Made by a program: the position numbers and the translations under genes. This document shows, piece by piece, positions 57,616 through 64,000 of a stretch of DNA of 64,000 bases. Source of the DNA: Candidatus Poribacteria bacterium (GTDB lineage: Bacteria; Poribacteria; WGA-4E; WGA-3G); contig OZ240248.1 in assembly GCA_965198235.1 (NCBI GenBank), positions 3,104,001 through 3,168,000 of the forward strand. The letters run 5' to 3'. A model generated the notes under the pieces. That model worked only from the letters and a program-made list of their open reading frames with translations. It was not told the DNA's origin and did not search any database. Numbering within the stretch: the stretch's first letter is position 1; the number at the start of each line of letters is the position of its first letter.

Positions 57616-59571
57616 ATGGTAACATATGAACAATGGAACAAAGCAATCATCTCCTACTTTTTTGAAGATTGTGAGCCAAATCAAATTGTCTTTTTGCAGA
57701 CCAATGCTGAAATGCTTTCTGAAATCGCTGAACTTTCTGATTTTGACGTAGCGGATGCTACTGAGAGTTTAAAAATGGCTGTGCGGCATGAAGTTGTCCG
57801 CAGCGACGCAGTTAACTTTCAGGGAATCAAGCCAACTTTGTGGAAAGACTATTCCAAAGAAGAGCCGCCTCAAGTTGCTTTTCTCGCTTTCACAGTGCTC
57901 GCCGCGAGTTTGATGGATTCTGAAAGTTCCGTTGGCTCTCAGAATTATTATATTCGTCTCAATGAGTTATTGTTTGGGCAGTCGGTTAAAGGGGCACCAC
58001 AAGGTTTTAAGCACCCGCAATTTGAAGGGTTTTGGAAACATATCCGAAGATGGTTACGCGATCAGCATGGTGTTGTACTTTATTTAACCGAAGGTTCATC
58101 AAACCGAAGGTACGTTTGGTACCCGATTTCGCAATGCTTGATAAGCAAGCGGGATCGACGGCTCATTTATCGCTTTTTTCGTGACCATGAATTAGTGCCA
58201 TTTTCAAGAATCCCGGATAACCAACTTGAAAGAGATCTTCGTGCTTGGTTAAGACAATCAGCCGGACCTACCAAAATTGAGCGTTATTTTTCCAACGAAT
58301 CCTATAAGCAGTCTATCCTTAGTCAAGTCAAATCACTGCTGGAACACTGGAATGGTGAAATTCCACCTGAGCCTCCTCACGGTGAGAAACAGACAACTGC
58401 CTCAGTCAACGTTGAAATCCGATTTGATCCGTTTGACAATGATGTAGAAATTCGTTACTGGTTCCCCACGCGTGGAAGAGACAAAACGAGATGTAAGACT
58501 AACTCTTTGGGGATTCAGGACCTACAACCATCGCATTTAAAAAAGTGGTTTCGGCCAGTCACTGATAACGAAGGGACATTTTGGAATTGGAATTTATTGA
58601 ATTGCTTGCAATTGCAAACACATGAAACCAATTCGATAATTTACACACTGGGTCTTTCCGATGTCTGGGTTTTTCGAGAAGATTCTGAACGGGACGACGG
58701 TTGGCTGTCTCAGCGAAACATGCAGCGGTATGAAGATCACTTAATAATATTTCGTAAGAGGCTTGTTAGTCAGGTCATAGATTGTTTAAGGCAAACTTGT
58801 GAACAAGAATTTGAAGAACCCAGTCCTATCTATGTTGATGGGAAAGAAAATGATTGGCTGTACCTGCGAGCTGAACCTACCAAATTTGTATCTTTTTCCG
58901 AACAAAATCTCTGGAAACTTTCTGTCGTTTCGAGTGAGCGGATAGGTCTTATTGGTGGGCTATCGGTCAAAAATCAAGATGGTCGCAAGGCTTACCTTGA
59001 TTTCTGTCTTCCCAGTGTTTTCGTCCCTGATTCTGGGCTTCCTGATGAAGAGTTTTTGTGGATTGATGAACAAGCGTTTGCAGTTGACGCAGATCGGGTT
59101 GTTAAGTTAGATGGTGTACTGGATCCGGGTTCTCATTTGCTTACCTATGGGAGGCAAACAAGAGAATTACAGGTTATATCTCCCGAATGCTCGTTGGAGC
59201 ATCATAACCGAACCTTAATCATCTCTATATTTGAAGATCAAGCATCAATGCCTACTTATACCATAAAAGAGATTCCGGAAATTTCAAAGCGATCTGGGAT
59301 CTGGCTCACTGGCGCGCAGATTTTCGGAGACATCCCACCACCTCCACCATCAGACAAATTTTCCAAAGTTTCTGCGCATATCATCTCGTCAGTTGTGAAA
59401 GTTGCAATCGATTTCAAGAAAGGAAACACCTCCGTGCCAGAGTGGTTTGACGAAGCGATTGAATACTTGGAACAGAATGTAGGTCTCCAAACCATGGTTA
59501 AGAAAAAGTTGAACCTTTATCACGAAACGGCTCTGTCCTACGTAGAACTCCGCAAACAAATAGGTAAGTAG
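57616..59571 (+). CDS. Hypothetical protein, first gene of a Druantia-like operon
   Basis: 651-aa AT-rich ORF tightly coupled to the downstream genes; assignment by context only. Confidence 0.6.
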   Translation: MVTYEQWNKAIISYFFEDCEPNQIVFLQTNAEMLSEIAELSDFDVADATESLKMAVRHEVVRSDAVNFQGIKPTLWKDYSKEEPPQVAFLAFTVLAASLMDSESSVGSQNYYIRLNELLFGQSVKGAPQGFKHPQFEGFWKHIRRWLRDQHGVVLYLTEGSSNRRYVWYPISQCLISKRDRRLIYRFFRDHELVPFSRIPDNQLERDLRAWLRQSAGPTKIERYFSNESYKQSILSQVKSLLEHWNGEIPPEPPHGEKQTTASVNVEIRFDPFDNDVEIRYWFPTRGRDKTRCKTNSLGIQDLQPSHLKKWFRPVTDNEGTFWNWNLLNCLQLQTHETNSIIYTLGLSDVWVFREDSERDDGWLSQRNMQRYEDHLIIFRKRLVSQVIDCLRQTCEQEFEEPSPIYVDGKENDWLYLRAEPTKFVSFSEQNLWKLSVVSSERIGLIGGLSVKNQDGRKAYLDFCLPSVFVPDSGLPDEEFLWIDEQAFAVDADRVVKLDGVLDPGSHLLTYGRQTRELQVISPECSLEHHNRTLIISIFEDQASMPTYTIKEIPEISKRSGIWLTGAQIFGDIPPPPPSDKFSKVSAHIISSVVKVAIDFKKGNTSVPEWFDEAIEYLEQNVGLQTMVKKKLNLYHETALSYVELRKQIGK

Positions 59572-59573
59572 AT

Positions 59574-61613
59574 ATGGAAGGGAAACCTTATCCAGAAGCG
59601 AAGCGAAGAATTTTAATAGAGTTAAGTACAGCAGATTTTATCAAATTCTTGAAAGAAGTAACAGATCAGAAAGGCAAACTGTTTATACAAAATCAATTGC
59701 TTCAACGTAGGGTCCCCGGATTTCGAGACGGGCGTGCTCCATTCACACGAACGGTTCCGCAGTTGATTACTAAACTAAAAAGCGAACGGGAGCTTACGAA
59801 TTCCGATTCTGCTATCTGGAATTCGTTCGCGGATGTTTGGAGGTACTGGGTTAAATCGCACCAAGAATTGGATAATACCCTAACTGCCTTCGATAATAGA
59901 GCAGATTTTGATGAGAATCACAATTGTATAACGCCACTGAATAGCGAATTAGATATTGAGTGCTTCAAGTTTTTGTTAGAAGCAAGTCACAACACCTTGA
60001 TTCATCGGGAAATGATCAGACGCTTTTATGAGTATGGTTACTTCAATGAAGATGAACGGATCCAAAATTTAATCAACCAAGTGCCCTCACGCGAAGGAAT
60101 TGAACTGAGAGAACAATTAGCAGTGCTCCCTGGTAAGGTCGATGAATTGTTTCAGACTGTTGACAGATTATCTCAAAATGTTGCAGACCTTAATTCGCGA
60201 GTTCCTGCTATGAGATCTGCCGATGAATTGGAGCAAGAACTTATTGAACAAATGGCAAAGGAACGTCACTACTTTGATACTGAACTTCAAAAGCTTAAGC
60301 AAACAATCATAGACAAGCACAGCCAGTTTGATGATCGAATTTCCAGTATAATGTCGCATTCTACCCAATTAGTTGATTTGGTGAATTGGATTAGTTCGCT
60401 TGGATCAAGGTTCTCTGAACTTCAGGGATCAATCAATTCATTTGAAAACAAACTTACTGAAATTCAATCCCTTAATGAACAGGAAATTAGTCAATTGGTA
60501 GACCAGAGAATGCAAAATGGGATCAAGCAGTTAGATTCGAGAATCCTGGGGGAGATTGGAACTCTGAAAGCGAAACTTAATGCAGCAGAGAACACAATTT
60601 CCGAAATTAAATCGAAAATGACTGATGAACCGAGAATCATCGCTCAAGCTCTGAAACTCGGGGAATGGTACAAGGCTGGATTAAAGGAAAAAACAGAACG
60701 CTACACAGACGAAAATGAATATTTGGACGATTTTCGCCATTATCTACGGAGATTTGGTATAACGAATTTTGAAGATGAAGAAATGGCGGTGGCTATTCAT
60801 ATAGCGTTGAAAGCCTTTCCTGCGGTTGAGATTGCCGATCCTCGAATAATTAAAGTTTGGGAATTAATGTGCGATAACCACTTCTACGACACAACAATCA
60901 ATGTAGAAATGGGATGGCTTGGATTACAAGATTGGTTTCCAGAGCTTTTTGCCGAAGAGTGCTTTGGAATAAGACTAGAACGAGTTGAGTTGGAAGCTTC
61001 AATTGAGAAAATGCTTGAAATCGGAGATATGCCATGGGTAATATGTTTTTGCGATTGTGACAGATCATTTCCGGAGACTTACTTGCCAGGTTTTCTGGAT
61101 TGGATTAGCGGCTTTTGTCATAGTAGTGTTAGAATCCTGCTAATACGTTGTTCTGGAACCAATCGTTGCAAGACAAATGAGAATTTTTATGAACGAGTAG
61201 CCCGTTTGCCCAAACCTAAGTTCCGAGAACCTATTGAGTCGCGGGACCTGATATCCTCAGGAATCCCCCTTACGTTGTCTGAATGGGAATCTTGGTGCCA
61301 ACCGAATCTTGACATTGACTCCGAATACAAAATATACTATGATTTTCTGGAAGAACTCAGATCGACTGTTGAAAATAGGAATATGCAAGTTCCAATAGAA
61401 CTTCTTCGGGAAATTCGACATTATCTTCGACTTTCACATAACATTCTGGCAAAGACCAGCGCGCTTGATTGGGCGTTGACTATACGTTTGTTACCGTGGA
61501 TTGGAAACCGACGTAGGTTAATTGATGCAGTACTAAATCTAGTTAATGATGGAAACCAAGAATTACCTCATTTCCGAGAGGGATTACAAGTAGCAAGCGA
61601 GACAGATGAATGA
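59574..61613 (+). CDS. Coiled-coil protein with degenerate McrB/AAA-like C-terminal domain (Druantia-like operon)
   Basis: Central heptad-rich region; VEMGW..QDW and DCDRSFPETY resemble McrB-type motifs but no Walker A is visible. Confidence 0.55.
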   Translation: MEGKPYPEAKRRILIELSTADFIKFLKEVTDQKGKLFIQNQLLQRRVPGFRDGRAPFTRTVPQLITKLKSERELTNSDSAIWNSFADVWRYWVKSHQELDNTLTAFDNRADFDENHNCITPLNSELDIECFKFLLEASHNTLIHREMIRRFYEYGYFNEDERIQNLINQVPSREGIELREQLAVLPGKVDELFQTVDRLSQNVADLNSRVPAMRSADELEQELIEQMAKERHYFDTELQKLKQTIIDKHSQFDDRISSIMSHSTQLVDLVNWISSLGSRFSELQGSINSFENKLTEIQSLNEQEISQLVDQRMQNGIKQLDSRILGEIGTLKAKLNAAENTISEIKSKMTDEPRIIAQALKLGEWYKAGLKEKTERYTDENEYLDDFRHYLRRFGITNFEDEEMAVAIHIALKAFPAVEIADPRIIKVWELMCDNHFYDTTINVEMGWLGLQDWFPELFAEECFGIRLERVELEASIEKMLEIGDMPWVICFCDCDRSFPETYLPGFLDWISGFCHSSVRILLIRCSGTNRCKTNENFYERVARLPKPKFREPIESRDLISSGIPLTLSEWESWCQPNLDIDSEYKIYYDFLEELRSTVENRNMQVPIELLREIRHYLRLSHNILAKTSALDWALTIRLLPWIGNRRRLIDAVLNLVNDGNQELPHFREGLQVASETDE

Positions 61614-62497
61614 ACCCAGCGGAAACTAATGTTTTTGATAAGTTGCTTTATTACCTATCGCATGTAGGAGGACTAAGTTGGGAGAATTTCAAGCAAAAAA
61701 CCAAACTGCTGACAAGAGATGATTTAGATTTTAAAGCGTCCACTTATCTTTTATCTCTTGCCCGTTTGGGACATCTTGATTTTGACCCGATGAAGTTATC
61801 CTATGTCACTATTGCTCCCGCTGTTCTTGTGAAAACAACGGTTGAAAGCCGATATGTTCTTGCAGGTAGTCGGATACCTAATTTTCTTGAGGAGGTTAAA
61901 AAGTGTGTTTCTGAAAATGGTGGGGAATTTCGGTCAATCCCGGAAAAATATGCTCCGATGACTATTGTACTGAGCAAATTGACGGAAAAAACATTTTCAG
62001 ATCTTGAAAGCTTGGATGTCCACATTAGTTGGGATTTTTCGGCGAAACTATCACAAATACTACCCCGCCCAAGGCTCATGAGCATCCATCCTGAACTATC
62101 TTTTGTCGCTAATTTGGAGAAAAAGTTTAATCCTATTACCCTGGATTATGAATCAGTAGGTCATGGAGAGAGCACGGACGGACTTTACCAAATTTCACAA
62201 CATGGTCCCGACGTTTACGCCTTGAGATCTGGCAACCATCAACGAAAAGTTCCACGGGATTGGGCAGAATGGAATGTGCTTGCTGGAACTCCCGGGCTAA
62301 TTTATTATGAGGAAAAATCTCAAAAATGGCGAGTTAGAAGCAAATTGCTCGTACCACTAATTGTAGACCGGTGTGCGACGCTCTGTTCAGGCTATCCGTC
62401 AAAGTTAACAGGTAATTTTGTTTGCTATTCTGACGTACCAATTGACATCGCGAAGCGATTAACGAAATCACTTTATCAAAACTGGGAGGTAATTTGA
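61610..62497 (+). CDS. Hypothetical protein (Druantia-like operon)
   Basis: ATGA overlap with the previous gene and TGATG overlap with the helicase gene. Confidence 0.6.
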   Translation: MNPAETNVFDKLLYYLSHVGGLSWENFKQKTKLLTRDDLDFKASTYLLSLARLGHLDFDPMKLSYVTIAPAVLVKTTVESRYVLAGSRIPNFLEEVKKCVSENGGEFRSIPEKYAPMTIVLSKLTEKTFSDLESLDVHISWDFSAKLSQILPRPRLMSIHPELSFVANLEKKFNPITLDYESVGHGESTDGLYQISQHGPDVYALRSGNHQRKVPRDWAEWNVLAGTPGLIYYEEKSQKWRVRSKLLVPLIVDRCATLCSGYPSKLTGNFVCYSDVPIDIAKRLTKSLYQNWEVI

Positions 62498-64000
62498 TGT
62501 CTGATACTATTAAAACTGATCCATTTAAAACACATAAACTACTTTGTGATGACTATATCCGTTACATACAGACGATATTAGGTTTTAATAATGTGTGCTT
62601 AGAGAAAGAGCGGAAAAAGTTGTTAGAGAAAAATGGTTTGCTTTTCCAACCACCACGTTTTGAGCCGATTTTTCCTTATCCTTCTTCCGGCAAAACGCTA
62701 TCCGATTTGTGTCATAATTCACAATTACCGTCCGAACTTGGAGAATTTCTCGCAGCAGGAGGGAACGAGGGGCTTGCACCAATAGATCGCACACTCTATG
62801 AACATCAGGCAGAAGCAATTAAAGCATCAGTTGTTAATAGTGAGGATGTTGTTGTTACAACCGGCACGGGTTCTGGAAAGACGGAATGCTTTTTACTGCC
62901 AATTTTTAGTTATCTTATCAAGGAGTCCCAAAACTGGAACGTTTACGGAGAAAGGAATCCAGAGCATCCATGGTGGCGAAATCAACAGAGGCGTGTTCCG
63001 CAGCGTGAAGGCGAAAACCGTCCAGCTGCTACCCGAGCGTTGATTTTGTATCCGCTTAATGCCCTTGTAGAAGACCAATTGATGAGGCTTCGGCGCGCTT
63101 GCGATAGTCCGAAGGCACGTCAATGGCTCACTGACAACAGAGGTGATAACCGATTCTACTTCGGACGATACACTGGATTGACTCCAGTGCCCGGTCAAGA
63201 AAAAAGTGAAAAAAATACAAATCCAAACATCCGAAGACTCCAAAACCAACTTGAGAAACTACAGAAGCAAGCTGAAAAAGCTAAGGAAAACGAAGAAACG
63301 CGTTATTTCTTCCCCTCCACCGATCCTGACGCGTCTGAAATGTGGTCTCGTTGGGACATGCAAGATCACCCACCTGATATTTTAATCACAAACTATTCAA
63401 TGCTGAACATTATGCTCACCCGCGATTTGGAACAACCAATCTTTGAGAAAACCAAGGAATGGCTAAAAGAATCAGATAGTGTTTTCCATCTCGTTGTTGA
63501 TGAACTGCATTCCTACCGAGGTACAGCAGGTTCAGAGGTTGCCTATCTACTTCGGACACTGTTTAACCGTCTCAACCTTGATCCTAATTCGCCGAAATTA
63601 CGGATCATTGCGTCAAGTGCCTCCCTTGAAGGAAATGAAGGTCGCGAGTACCTTCGCCAATTTTTTGCACGAGAGAAAAACTTCAAAATTATTGGTTCGC
63701 CTCCGCATCCTGATAAAAGTGCTGAACTTCAGGAATGTCTCAAATACTCAGAACATTTTGAAACATTTAATTCAAGTGGCGATTCTACTCAGTTAGACAG
63801 GGTTTCAAAAGATATAGTCAAATCTGCGGTAGCACAACTTTGCAACTGTAATGGTAAACTGTACGCCTCAACGATTGAAGATATGCATCAGGCTGCAAAC
63901 AAAGTAGCTTCAACACCAATTTCCGAAGATGCGATTCATGGACTAATTCGCTACCTAATCCAACAGAAGGAGGGTCCAAATACAAAGAGGGCGTTGTTGC
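62497..64000 (+). CDS. Large DEAD/DEAH-box helicase, DruE-like (partial; runs off window end)
   Basis: Manual translation: LYEHQ, TGTGSGKTECFLLP, LYPLNALVEDQLMRLR, GRYTG, PPDILITNYSMLNIML, VVDELHSYRGTAGSEVAYLLR, IASSASL. Confidence 0.9.
   Translation, partial: MSDTIKTDPFKTHKLLCDDYIRYIQTILGFNNVCLEKERKKLLEKNGLLFQPPRFEPIFPYPSSGKTLSDLCHNSQLPSELGEFLAAGGNEGLAPIDRTLYEHQAEAIKASVVNSEDVVVTTGTGSGKTECFLLPIFSYLIKESQNWNVYGERNPEHPWWRNQQRRVPQREGENRPAATRALILYPLNALVEDQLMRLRRACDSPKARQWLTDNRGDNRFYFGRYTGLTPVPGQEKSEKNTNPNIRRLQNQLEKLQKQAEKAKENEETRYFFPSTDPDASEMWSRWDMQDHPPDILITNYSMLNIMLTRDLEQPIFEKTKEWLKESDSVFHLVVDELHSYRGTAGSEVAYLLRTLFNRLNLDPNSPKLRIIASSASLEGNEGREYLRQFFAREKNFKIIGSPPHPDKSAELQECLKYSEHFETFNSSGDSTQLDRVSKDIVKSAVAQLCNCNGKLYASTIEDMHQAANKVASTPISEDAIHGLIRYLIQQKEGPNTKRALL

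Overview
Bacterial genomic DNA, most likely Candidatus Poribacteria. This is an inference from the LamG/NPCBM proteins with a shared C-terminal 'LAVxPxxKLxTxWG' tail, the CRTAC1-TPR pair and the dense mosaic intergenic repeats. From left to right the window holds: (1) a minus-strand housekeeping block: a large TamB/AsmA-like gene running off the left edge, tlyA, dxs, xseB, xseA, a ymdB-like gene, pyrE and a selenocysteine-containing selD (UGA at codon 17); (2) an accessory/defence-like island at about 16-27.4 kb: PD-(D/E)xK protein, Uma2 nuclease, frameshifted type IIG/ISP-like DNA methyltransferase, DUF2280-like protein, AAA-nuclease, HNH-WYL protein and a single-ORF DarT-DarG fusion; (3) mixed metabolic genes; (4) rpsB-tsf-frr-cdsA-dxr-rseP-udg-priA, with pyrH and uppS absent from their usual positions; (5) a solo tnpB IS200/IS605-type element with a structured 5' leader; (6) ATP-grasp, CRTAC1 and TPR genes, an orphan IscB-type omega-RNA mini-element, and LamG, NPCBM, ndk and GNAT genes; (7) an AT-rich four-gene Druantia-like operon running off the right edge. 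The most striking unexplained structure is a hierarchy of short repeats. They nest inside each other, supply start and stop contexts of housekeeping genes, and sit in-frame inside at least four protein-coding genes. All family assignments are by eye from motifs; no searches were run.
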